64,000 nt of DNA. Source: Blepharisma stoltei ATCC 30299 (lineage: Eukaryota; Protista; Ciliophora). The notes beneath the pieces are model-generated. The model was not told the DNA's origin. It saw only the letters and a list, made by a program, of their open reading frames with translations, and made no database searches. The position numbers were made by a program, and so were the translations under genes. The stretch lies in the NCBI GenBank assembly GCA_965603825.1, contig CBFDEM010000029.1, positions 369,080 to 433,079 of the forward strand. Direction: 5' to 3'. Below are positions 35,857 through 47,889 of the stretch, one piece after another (the stretch's first letter is position 1; the number at the start of each line of letters is the position of its first letter).

Positions 35857-38800
35857 ATGGCTAATAAACTGATTTGCAAACTTAGCAGTTTGGACGGAAG
35901 CCTTCCGCCGACTGCTTCACCAAGTTTTATTTATCGACTACCTCCTAATGCCACAGTTACTTTTCAAATTGAAGCAGGATCTCCAATTCTGACTGAAAAT
36001 CTCCACTTTTGTGTAAGCATATGAAACGGAATAACCCAAGCGCCAAAGCAATATAAAGGGTGCCTGAATTCCTTTGGACACTGAATTTGTGAGGTAAATT
36101 TCGATATCCCCGGCAACTACAATTTTTGGGTTGAGAATTTAAATAAAAAAGATGACATTTTAAAAGGGATAAAAAACTGAATAGTTGTAGATCCTGACAT
36201 AAAAATTGGAGGAAGGTCTTTACCGATCAATGGGATTTGCATGCAAAGTGTTTTACCTAGATGCTGTGGAGTCTTTGAAAGATGGTATGAAGTCTTGACC
36301 CATCAAAAAGAACTGGGCTACAACATGTTCCATTTTGCTCCTATGCAGGAATTTGGGAGCTCTGGAAGTCATTATAGCTTAAATGACCCGAATAAGCTTA
36401 ATAGTGACATTTTTAAGGCTTATGACAATGAAGAAAAAAAGTTGAAAGCACTAGAAAACTTATTAAATAGGTTGGATCGCGAAGGTGTAGGCAGCATTAT
36501 AGATATTGTGCTCAATCATCTGTCACCTGGTGCTCCATTTTTAGAAAGCTGCCCGAATGCGACCTGAAATTTAACCACCGCTCCTCATCTGAAATCTGCT
36601 TTTGAGCTAGACACAGCTTTACAGAACTTTTCTAAAGCCCTTTCTAAATGCCAAATATGAAAATTTTATAGTAAAAATAGGATTGACAGCCAAAGTGATG
36701 TAAACGTCCTTTTGGGGATTTTGAGGTCCGAAGTGGTAAATCCATTCAAAATCCATGAATTTTTCATGATAAACCTAGACAAAGCAAAAAAAGAATTTTT
36801 GACATGCCAGAACAATGAAAAAATTAATGATGAAAAAATGGCAAAATCGTTGTCAGAAAGAGGGATTGAATGGTTTATTAAAAAATGTTGCTTGAAACAT
36901 CAAGGAGAAGGCAGATTTCTGACAGAAGTCATCCCAGAAATGATATGGAGAGCCTGCAATACTTTAGGCTGGAATCATGAAGAAAGCTTACAAAAAGGCC
37001 AAAAAGGAATAGAAATGGCAAATCTCTTTCTCATGAAAAGATGCGACAGACATATTGACGATATTATGAGAAACCTTGACTATGAAATTCGACCTAAAAT
37101 AGGCCAAACCATTACATGGGATAATCCATTAACTAAACCGAATTTTTCCCAGCTCCCTAATGGCGATTTCTGTGTATTTAACGGCTATATAAATGCATAT
37201 AAAAAGGTCCACAAAGATTTTGCTGACAGGAGTGGATGGCATTTTTTAAGGAGAGACGTCATCGTCTGAAATGACTGCATAAAGCTCCGTTATGGATATA
37301 AAAGAGAAGACTGCCCTGAGGTGTGGGATTTCATGGAAAAATACGTCACCACTATGGCAAGACTTTTTAAAGGCTTTAGACTGGACAATGCCCATAGCAC
37401 CCCTATTCATGTTTCTGAATATTTATTGGCTAAAGCCAGAGAAGTGAACCCAAATTTATTAGTTACTGCAGAATTATTTACTGAAGACATTAATACTGAT
37501 GCAAAATATGTCAAAAAGCTAGGACTAAATCTATTGATCAGGGAAGCTATACAGTGCCCAGATCCTGCTGCAATGGGAAAGTCAATTTATCAATACGGAA
37601 ATGGAGAAATCTCAAGTTATGGCTGCCTTGAAAAATCTGATTTATATAACGAATCTGTATTAGGGATTAATCAAGAGCCTGGCAGTTTGAGATGGGAATC
37701 AACCCCAATCCCAGCCTTATTTTACGATTGCACGCATGATAATGATCCTCCAGCCAAAAAAAGAACTCCACAAGATTCATTACCTCATGCCTTTTTAACT
37801 GGATTTACCAATTGCGCTGTATCTTCTACCCGAGGATACGATGAATTCATCCCTAGAAACCTCTCTGTCGTCAGTGAAAAGCGCATTTACTCCGCTCCTG
37901 TCCATGGAGCCCAATCAATATCCGAAGTTTCTTTATTCGATGATATAGAAAACCCTATCAAAGTGTACGTAGAATATGCTGCAGAAAATAATTTCAAAGA
38001 AGTCGCTATTAAAGGCGAATGGGACAACTGGAATAAAAAAATCAACCTCAATCATATTGGGGATAATAAATGGGCAGTAAAGCTGCTATTCCCAAAAAGC
38101 TATGACAGGAAAGAAATGGCTTATAAATATATCATTGATGGGAGATGGCTAGCTGATCAAAGATTAAGGCTAACAGGGAGAGGCTCAAGGACTAACAATG
38201 TCCTGAAAATTGATTCAAGTGTAGAAGTGACACCAGGGATTTTTGAAAATATGTATACTGCAAGAAAATATATCAATAATTTGCATGAACTTTTGGCAGA
38301 ACAGGGATATGATGAGATCTATGTGCATCAATATTGTGAAGACGTTTTTATGATTATTAGGCATAATCCTATAAAATTTAATAGTTATGTGTTATTAGCG
38401 AGAACTGCTTATAGGCACAACTGTAATCATGTCAATGTCAATAATGTAAGACTCCCTGGAATTGTGGAAAAAATCGAATTCATAGGGACCCTCCGCATGA
38501 AGCCTATCAGATTTGATGAAAATAGTCAGTTCATCAATGGTTTAAAAGGTGTATTAGATGTCTCAACAAATCTTAGCAGGTTTTGCCATATTTTTAGAGA
38601 TAATAAAGAAAATATTGATGTTGTCAACCTCACAGGTATCCCACAATCATTAGTAATTGTATTAAAAACTAGCCTTCTTCCAAATATAGAAAGTGCATTA
38701 AATGCCTCGTATTCTAGGCTTTCTAATTATGAAGACTTCAAAAAAATCTTTGAAAACTTGTCCCTCCAACAAATAAACCATATTCTCTGGCGTTCTAACT

Positions 38801-40602
38801 CTGAAGAAATTGAATCTTCTCTGATAAAAAGGGAGACATATAAGCTCTCTCCTACAAAGTCTTTCAATTATGCAGGCTTTGGCGGATTTGTCACTGAAGT
38901 CCTCCCCCACACAATAGGAAACCATCTAGACCATGAAATTTTCTGCAATCTCCGTAAAGAAAACTGGATGATTGACTATTTCCTTACAAGACTAAAAAAT
39001 AACGATTTGCCTCCTGAATTTGTTCAGTTTATTTCTGATCACTTTGGAAGTATAAAAGCTTTGCCTCGTGGAATCGTCCCAAAGCACACTGCAAAGTCAA
39101 TATTCCTCTTATTCAGAAACTTGAAATATTATTTATTAAGAGATTTGTATAAAGAAAGCGAGCTTTTTAGCGGAGAAGATAGTTTCGTTGATAATCTAGG
39201 GACAAGCGTTTCACAGTTTTGGGGACATATTCCGAGCTCAGTCAATCATATTTCCAAGTATACTCTTTCTGCTGGGCTGCCTCATTTTTCAGTTGGACTG
39301 ATGAGATGTTGGGGAAGAGACTCAATGATAGGGCTTAGAGGGCTTTTCTTGTGTACTGGAAGATATGAAGAAGCAAAAACCCTCATAAAAACCTTTGCTT
39401 CAGTGTCACAGAAAGGGCTGATTCCTAACTTGTTAGGAAATGGCAACAACTGCAGATACAATTCAAGAGACTCGGTCTGGTATTTTTTGCAAGCAGTTCA
39501 GGACTATATCAAACAAGTCCCAGACGGAGCCTCAATTTTGCATGAGCCAATTAAAATGAGGTTTAATGAAAATGGGGAAATTATCCAAGAAAATGAAATG
39601 GTTTTGCCACTAAGTGAGGTCATCCAAAATATTTTTCAGTCACATGCAGTTGGCATTGAGTTCAGAGAAAGAAACGCAGGGATGGCGCTAGATCCACATA
39701 TGTCAGCTGAAGGCTTCAACATAAAAATATGGCTGGACATCAAAACAGGACTCGTTTATGGAGGAAGCCAATTTAACTGTGGGACATGAATGGACAAAAT
39801 GGGTAGCTCAGCCAAAGCAGGAAATTTAGGCCTTCCCGCAACACCAAGAGATGGAGCTGCCATAGAGATAACTGGCTTAGTCTACTCGAACGTCAATTTC
39901 TTTGGGAAACTCTTCAATGAAGGCAAATTCCAACACAAAGGTGTCAAGCTTTCTGATGGATCGTTTTTGGCTTATGAAAAATGGGCATCCCGCATTGAGG
40001 ATTCATTTGAAAAGCTGTACTATATCCCAGAAGAAAAAAGCGGACTACCTGCAGATTATATAAAGACTAGAGGCATTTATAAAGACACTGTCGGCAGTGT
40101 AAAAGAGCTCAGCGAGTATCAATTTAGACCTAACCAGTGCTTAGCAATGGTCTTTGCAAGCAAACTATTCGAGAAAAGCCATGCGATTTCGGCTCTGAAG
40201 AAAATTACTGAAAATTTGATGCCTGGCATTGGGAACGGGCAGTTAGGGATCAGAACTTTAAGTGAAAATGACAAAGAATACAGAGATTTTTATGACCTAT
40301 CCAATGATTCTGACGACAAATCAATTGCACATGGATTCAGCTTCCACAATGGGCCAGAATGGATTTGGCCATTTGGATATTATTTGCGGGCACTCATGGT
40401 TTTTCAAGCTGAAAAGCCTGAATTTATTATGAAGTGCTTAGCAGACCATAGGAAATACTTAGAAAACTCTCCATGGATGTCTATGCCAGAATTGACTAAC
40501 AAAATGGGAAGACCGAACAAGTTTGCGTGCCCTGCCCAGGCATGGAGTGTTTCTTCCCTTATCGAGGCTCTCTTTGAGTATAAGAAATTAATTAAAAAAT
40601 AA
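35857..40602 (+). CDS. AGL: Glycogen debranching enzyme (4-alpha-glucanotransferase plus amylo-1,6-glucosidase), 1581 aa, with inserted CBM48-like module
   Basis: GYNMFHFAP.Q, DIVLNH, FRLDNAHSTP, AELFT, DCTHDN, AGLPHFS, CWGRD, GTWMDKMG (W=TGA 39787), HNGPEW, CPAQAWS; no introns. Confidence 0.95.
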
Positions 40603-40662
40603 ACAATTTAACCATATCCACCATCAAAATGGTAAGAAGCTATTTAATTCTGATAAATTAAA

Positions 40663-43494
40663 ATGCCAAGTACGCTCATTTGCAAACTCAATGGTCTAAA
40701 TGGATGTCTTCCTCCTCCAGCAACGCCAAGCTTTATTTATAAATTGTCTCCTAGGAGTCTTGTCACCTTTGTGATTGAGTCAAGATCACCAATTCTTACC
40801 GAGGATACAGCTTTAATTGTAGACTTGTGAAATGGGATTAACACTGTCCCTCAACAGTATAGAGGCACAGTGAATTCTTCAGGGCATTGGACTTGTGAGG
40901 TAGAGTTTAGCATGCCTGGAAATTATAGCTTTTGGGTTGAATACTTAGACAATAATGGTGAAAAGTCAAGAGGAATAAAGAATTGAATTGTAGTAGACCC
41001 TGAAATAAAGATTGGAGGGAAATTATTGCCTATTAATGGAATTTGTATGCAAAGCGTGCTGCCGAGATGCTGTGGAGAGATAGAGAGATGATATGAAAAT
41101 TTTTGCCATCAGAAAGACTTGGGGTATAACATGTTTCATGCAGCGCCAGTGCAAGAGTTTGGACCTTCTGGAAGCCATTATAGCTTGTATAACACCAATA
41201 TGCTGAATAGTGGCATTTTTAGGAATTATGACACTGTAAATTTTATGTAGGAGGAAGAAAAATTGAAAGCATTAGAAAATTTACTAAATAGGCTTGATAT
41301 TGAAGGTGCTGGGTTTATAGTAGACATTGTTCTCAACCATTTATCACCAGCAGCACCATTCTTTGAAAAGCACCCGAATGGGACTTGAAATTTGACTACA
41401 GCTCCTCATCTGAAGTCTGCTTATGAATTAGATATTGCACTACAGCATTTTGGGAAATCACTTGCAAACGGTCAAGTCCCAAAATTTCGGAAGAATATAA
41501 TTGAGAACTCTAATGATGTCGAAGTTTTACTAAAAGTTATCAGAAACGACATAGTGAAAAAGCTGAAAGTCCATGATTTTTTCCATATTGATGAAGAAAG
41601 AGCCAAACACGATTTCATTAATAATCAAAGCGAAGAAGAAATAGTGGATGAAGAAAAACTAAAACTTTTGCATGAAAGAGGACTTGAGTGGTTTATTAAA
41701 AAATATGCACTCCTGCATGAAGGTGAAGGAAAATTTTTGACCAGAATCAATCCTGATTTAATATGGAAAGCATGCAGGTCGCTTGGGTTTAGCACACAAG
41801 ATATTGTAGAAGTTGGAAAAAAAGCCATAAAAACTGTAAACTTGAATTTACAGAAAAGATCTGAAAAGTTTATAGAAGATATTATGAGAAACTTAAACAT
41901 AGAAATAGGACAAAAAATAGGACAGGAAATAACAGAGCATTGCCCATTCATAAAGCCTTGCTTTCATAAGCTAGCTAATGGCGATTTTTGTGTATTCAAT
42001 GGCTATGTAAATGGGTATAAAAAGGTCCACAAAGATTTTGCTGATAAAAGTGGGTGACATTTTTTAAGGAGAAATGTCATAGTCTGAAATGACTGCATAA
42101 AGCTTCGCTATGGATATAAAAAAGAAGACTGCCCAGTGGTCTGAGATTTCATGGAAAAATACATCACAACCATGGCAAAGCTTTTTAAAGGCTTTAGGCT
42201 AGACAACGCTCATAGCACTCCTATTCACGTTTCTGAATATTTATTGGCTAAAGCTAGAGAAGTCAACCCAAACATTCTAATCACAGCTGAGCTTTTTACA
42301 GAAGACATCAATACAGATGCAAAATATGTCAAACATCTTGGGCTTAATTTATTGATCAGAGAAGCCATCCATTGCCCAGACTTGAATTCAATGGGAAACT
42401 CTATTTTCCAACATAGCAGTGGCGAAATTTTAAGCATAAATACTCCTGAAAGAACTAACTATGAAGACAGCCTAACTTTTATGGGATTTTCATCAGAAAT
42501 TCAACGCTGAGAATCTGTCCCTATCCCTGCTTTATTTTATGATTGCACCCATGATAATGATCCTCCTGCCAGAAAAAGAACTCCCCAGGATGCCTTGCCT
42601 CATGCATTTTTAACAGCATTTACCAATTGTGCTATTTCTTCAACCCGTGGATATGATGAATTTATACCTAAAAACCTTTCTGTTGTAAGCGAAAAGCGAC
42701 TGTACTCCCCTCCTGACTATTCTTCTCAAGCAATTCCTGAGGTGACAGCAATAGATTTTATTGAGGACCCTATTAGGGTTTATGTAGAGTTCTCAATTGG
42801 AGGAAGATACAAAGAAGTCTCTGTGTATGGAGAATGGGATAATTGAGTGAAAAAAATAAATTTAATGCCTATAGACAAATATAAATGAGGGGTAAAACTA
42901 CTGTTTCCAAAGGACTATGACGGCAAAGAATTAGCCTATAAGTACATGGCTGATAAAAAATGAGCTTTTGATCAGAGGTTAAAAACAATTGGAAAAGGAA
43001 CAAAAATAAATAATTTACTTTCAGTCAGCACAAATATTCAAGCTTTTCCAGGGATCTATGAAAATTTATATTGCGCACGTAAATTTATCAATTTTTTGCA
43101 TCGAAAGATGGCAGAAAAGAAATTTGATAGAATTGGTGTGAATCAGTGTAGTGAAGATGTAATGATGGTAGTGAGAAAAAATATAGAAAATGGAGAAAGC
43201 TATGTGCTAATTGCGAGATCAGCTTTTAAACAGAAAGCAAATAAAGTTAATGTAAAAGGAATTAGGCTGCCAGGGCAAATTGTAGCAGCTGAATTTATAG
43301 GAATCTTAAACATGAGAAAGACAAGATTTGAAGAGGATAAAAAATTTATTAACGGTCTCAATGGAGCTTTAGATATTTTCACAAATTTTGATAAGTTTTG
43401 CAGGGTATTAAAGGATTCAGCTGAAAATGTTGATGTGATAGACTTAATGGGTATTCCACAAACATTTGTGCTGGTTTTAAAATTAAAGGGTTAA
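40663..43494 (+). CDS. Tandem paralog of glycogen debranching enzyme with only the transferase half plus CBM48-like module (~938 aa)
   Basis: Colinear with 35857-38670. Keeps RLDNAHSTP/AELFT/DCTHDN; open frame with 11 TGA and one 15-nt intron; stops at TAA 43492 before the glucosidase domain. Confidence 0.85.
41236..41250 (+). other. 15-nt spliceosomal intron (absent from the upstream paralog)
   Basis: GTAAATTTTATGTAG with in-frame TAG; the paralog reads YDN-EEKKLK uninterrupted at 36421-36447. Confidence 0.9.
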
Positions 43495-44349
43495 ATTCTG
43501 ACTTATATTATTGAGAGTCCATGATTATCAGATTAATTGTGAAACTAAAAATGATTCTTATTTATTATAGTGGATTAATTCTCTTAAATTATTTAGAATT
43601 TATTAAAAATAACAAAATGGTATATGAACAGATTTGCTCTGATTTTTTTTTCATTTAGTGGGATATCATTGGCCCCAATTTTGAAATGCTGAAAAATCGC
43701 TCAGTCGATATTTTAAAAACTGCTTAATACATATATTGAAGATAAAATTCGCAAAACATAAAGTTTAAGAATCATATAAAGGTATTGGTGCATTATTGCA
43801 GGAGCAACTGTTTTTAAGTTTTAGCCTAAAGCTTCTAAAGACATAGCAGTTCCAAATATGAAGGTATATACTAAAACAAAAACGAATGAGAATAAATATT
43901 TAAGTCTTTCAGCATAAGGTTCCTGCTGCAAAGCACAATTTTTATTCATCTGGCAAATCTTGAAAAAACATTAAATATCTCGGCTTATCTTAATATAGGC
44001 CACTATTTTATAACGCAAATTTTTTTAATTTATGAACCAAGATTACAGCTCATCCTGAACTATTGCTATGCAGCAAACGCAATAAAAATGATACAATCAT
44101 CGTCTCATAAATCAATTGAAGCCAGCCATTTTCCAGAAAATTGCAAATCTGTCCTGTTTATATAGGAAAATTAATCTTGATCTCAAAAAATAATTTTGAT
44201 CCAATGCTTATCTGCTCAGAATTTGGTATTACTCTGTGTTCTTGGAAGGCTGTTTGATCATATTTGTTCTAGTTCTGGAGTGCTTGGTGTCCTTTAAAGG
44301 CAACACAATTAAGCAAAAATAAATAATAAACTGAATAATAATTTATATT

Positions 44350-45042
44350 ATGACGCTTGTGAAGTCAATGACCAAGTATTTAGCGACGCATTTGAAGTCC
44401 TTTCATAAGCGCGGTGTTAAAAGAGTGACGCTGGAGAAGCGAATTCTCGGGCTATTCTTCACAAAGAAAAATATCAAAATCAAGCCTCCGAAAAAGGAAT
44501 ACTTACGCTGCAAAGTCATCAGAGGACACAAGAGGATTAACAGGCAAATCCAAAGGTCGACTGCCCCAGTACGAACCTTAAACAAGTGCGCCGAATCAAA
44601 CACTTTTTCTATGGTAATTTGGGAAGTGATGAAAAAGCATTATTTCAGCAATGAAGGTGAGCTCGAGCTGGTCAGCAAGACAGAGAGTGGACCCAAGACT
44701 GATGGGAGAAGCAAAAGGACTGCAAAAGAGCAAGCATCCCAAAATAGCTACAACTCGTTATTCTGCAGAGAATACTTTCAATCAGCAGCAGTCAGACAAT
44801 CGTTCTTTTATTATGTCGAGTACTTATTTTCGTATCTTAATCCCGAAGATTTATGTGAAAAATTTGACCTAAGATGTTGCAAAAATGAGCATGACGGAAA
44901 ATGCATTCAAAAGTGACTCATTTTGAAGAAGTACCTTAGCTATCATATGATTGAAGACCTCGGCTTGGAACCCTATCTTCCTATTCAGGAAGAAGACTAT
45001 TTTTTACCAATGCTGATGGATTTGGAAAATAGCGACGATTAA
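44350..45042 (+). CDS. Uncharacterised basic protein (PKKEYLRCK.IRGHKR motif; C-terminal Cys/His cluster)
   Basis: ORF continues through TGA 44914 to TAA 45040-45042. Confidence 0.7.
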
Positions 45043-46109
45043 GTAAAATGATGCTGATGATGAATTATAATTAATGAAATTCGAAATATGACTAAACTTG
45101 CTTATTTTCTTTTCAAAGAAAATCTTTCTTGGCTAATTATCGGATTTGTTTCCGATGCCAAATGGCATAATATTTTCATAATATCGCTAATATTATGTAG
45201 GAAATAATTACCATCAGAATTTGTCTCGAACAAACAAAACAACAGTCATTAGCTTATTTATATCTTTTTTATATAATTCTATTTCTATTTATATACAGCT
45301 CGTAGTGACTCTCTCTTAATGCTTATTTATGCAACAACTCTATATTTCTAAGGTTTTTTCTGAAAAACTATTTGGTTTAAGCATTTATATTAGCATCATA
45401 CAGATATGCATTTTTTATTAAGAAGGAAAATAAAGAATGTAATGCATCAAAAAAATTGAAGAGGGCAATAGTGGATCATATGAAATTTCAAAAAATTTAA
45501 ATGGTTAAAATATTTTCATATTTACATATAATTACTTCTAAAAATTAGGATTAAGGTTTTTGCTATCGATTTTGGGCACAGCAATTATATAAAATACTGG
45601 ATTAGCCATAAGTATTAATATTCAATTTAATCAAGATATAAAAAACAATTATACTTCTACCATGAGCAATCTGATGAGAATATATACTTTTTAATCATCT
45701 TTTTTTATCCGATAGCATTCTGTTTTATAAATCTACAGTAATTAATGCTACTCCTAGCTATTATTCAGATATAGTCTCCAATCTCCTTCTCAGCAGCTTT
45801 GCATTCGAAATATATTCTAGGCATTTATCTGATCACTATATTTTATAAATGCGAAGGTTTTCCATTAGCTGCTCATTGCAGATCTCTATCAGAAGCAAGG
45901 CTGATTTTAGAAGAATCAACTCTACTCATCCTATTTTTTATTTTATTTAATAGTTATTAAAATATGCATTAATTTTAAGGCAAGCTGAAAAATAATTTTT
46001 TAAATTAGCCAAATTTCCTAATTTGCAAAGATACTTTAATTTTTTGTTAGTAATAAATAAATTACAATTAATGATAAAAAGCAAGCCTAATTTAAATTTC
46101 TCAATAATT

Positions 46110-47778
46110 ATGAATGAGTATAAAAAGTATCAAAATTTAAAAACAACAGAAAACCGAAGAGGAGCTCAATCTGTGAGCCCTTTTCAAACTAAGCAGTTTC
46201 GCCTTGGAAGCTCTGACGAAGGACAATTATCAGCAATTACTAGAATTAAAAGAAAGCCAGCCTATTCAGTTTCGCATGAGCCTGAAAGATCGAAAACGCT
46301 AATTGATATTGCTTCAGAGCAAATTCTGAAGCAAAAGCAAAATAATTATGTCTCTGAAAAATCTCAAACTTTACGCTTGAACCTCACTCAAAAGCCGCCG
46401 ATTTCTTCTTCACATAAACTTCTTAGACACAGTAAAGCGAATGCTTATTCAAGCATCACAGAAAACTCTGAGCTGTTAATGAAACTCGAAAATACTTTGC
46501 AGCAGCGGCGCAATTCATTTGATCCTATCACAACTTTAAGGACAATTCTTCCGAATTGGCTTATGTCGAGAAATGATTTTTATTCAGCTTACATGAAGAT
46601 AAAGCAGCATGTTGGACTTAACTTAGTTGAAGTTTGTTTAGAATCACCATCCAAAAGGACAGATAATGAAAAAGAAGCATTAGTTAAGTGGGTATCAAGC
46701 ACAAAATTTTTCTCATCAATGCCAAAAGTGATTGTCCAAGAGACATGTGACAGGTTCACGGTTTTAGAATTTCAGTCCGGAGCACAAAGTAAGTGTTTAT
46801 TTAGTCATCAAAAAAGATGATGTCGCTGACTGCATGTATTTAATATACATTGGGACTGTGGGGATATATGTTGATGGAACAAGAGTGGGTCAAAGAGCCC
46901 AAGGGGATTCTCTTGGCGAGACTGCTCTGGATAACGTGAAGCTAAGGTCAGCTGATGCGATAGCAGAAACCCAAGCAATTCTTTTTAGGCTCAAAAAGGT
47001 AGACTATGAAAATATCATTCTCAACTTAAAAAAGCTGGAAAAGTTTGAGTACACCAAATTCCTCATGACTATCCCATTTTTCCAACGATGAAGCTTCATA
47101 AAAGTCCAGAATCTAAGCAACTTGCTTGTGCAGTCTCAGTACAAGCCTGGAGACAGTAATCACTATATAGTTATATATGAGAAAGAAGATACATGCAGCA
47201 CATTTTATATAATAAAAGAAGGAAGCATTCAGCTCCAGACCTATACGCATTTAGAAATGCAAAACAAATGGCCAATTGGATCCAAGCAGTGGAAGCTAAG
47301 GAAAATCACAAATAAATTTATTTATCCTTTAAAAACCTTCCACAAAGGAGAGTTCTTTGGAGAGGCTGAAATAATTAAAAATTGCCCAAGAGAAACCAGG
47401 GCTGTTGCTATTGAGCAGTCGACCTGTCTGGTTCTGAATAAAGATGAATTTCTTGATCTATTTCCAGCAAGGGAGAAGGAATTTCTTTCACAGAGGTATA
47501 AAATGAAGATGCCAAGCAAAGAAGAAATGGAAACAGAAATTAAGCATGAAATGTTCTCAAATGAAGAAAAAGCAGAAATCTTGTTAAAAGCTATGAACCT
47601 GGGCCATGGGTTCGAAGGGGGAAGAGACTATTTGCTAGATCCGGTATAAATTATATAGAGAGCAAAACGACTCAAAGGATGGTATAGTTCATTGAAGGAG
47701 AGAACTCGCAGGCAAAGGGCCAAAATCCAAAGCAAAATAGTAGATCAAACTGAAGAAAACCTAGATACATCTAGGTAA
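46110..47778 (+). CDS. Tandem cyclic-nucleotide-binding domain protein (three tiny introns)
   Basis: MY.I..G.V...GDSLGE.AL...RSA.A.A and FYIIKEG...GEFFGE...PRETRAVA cNMP motifs. Confidence 0.85.
46789..46804 (+). other. 16-nt spliceosomal intron
   Basis: GTAAGTGTTTATTTAG; explains the frame shift and gives GAQIIKKDD. Confidence 0.85.
47156..47170 (+). other. 15-nt in-frame, stop-less intron
   Basis: GTAATCACTATATAG; spliced KPGDIIYEK fits the cNMP consensus better than unspliced KPGDSNHYIVIYEK. Confidence 0.7.
47644..47658 (+). other. 15-nt spliceosomal intron
   Basis: GTATAAATTATATAG with in-frame TAA; the frame continues to 47778. Confidence 0.8.
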
Positions 47779-47889
47779 TGATATACAAATTAATCAATTT
47801 TAATAAAATAAAGGCAAAATCTGGCATTTTAACGCTACCCTGTATGGAGGTTATATAATGCTTATGCACAATTAAATTATCTAAAAATA

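Noticed and set aside
36241-43494. Fragmented ORFs read as pseudogenes
   Set aside because: Every break is an in-frame TGA at a Trp position or a 15-nt intron; the frames are otherwise intact.
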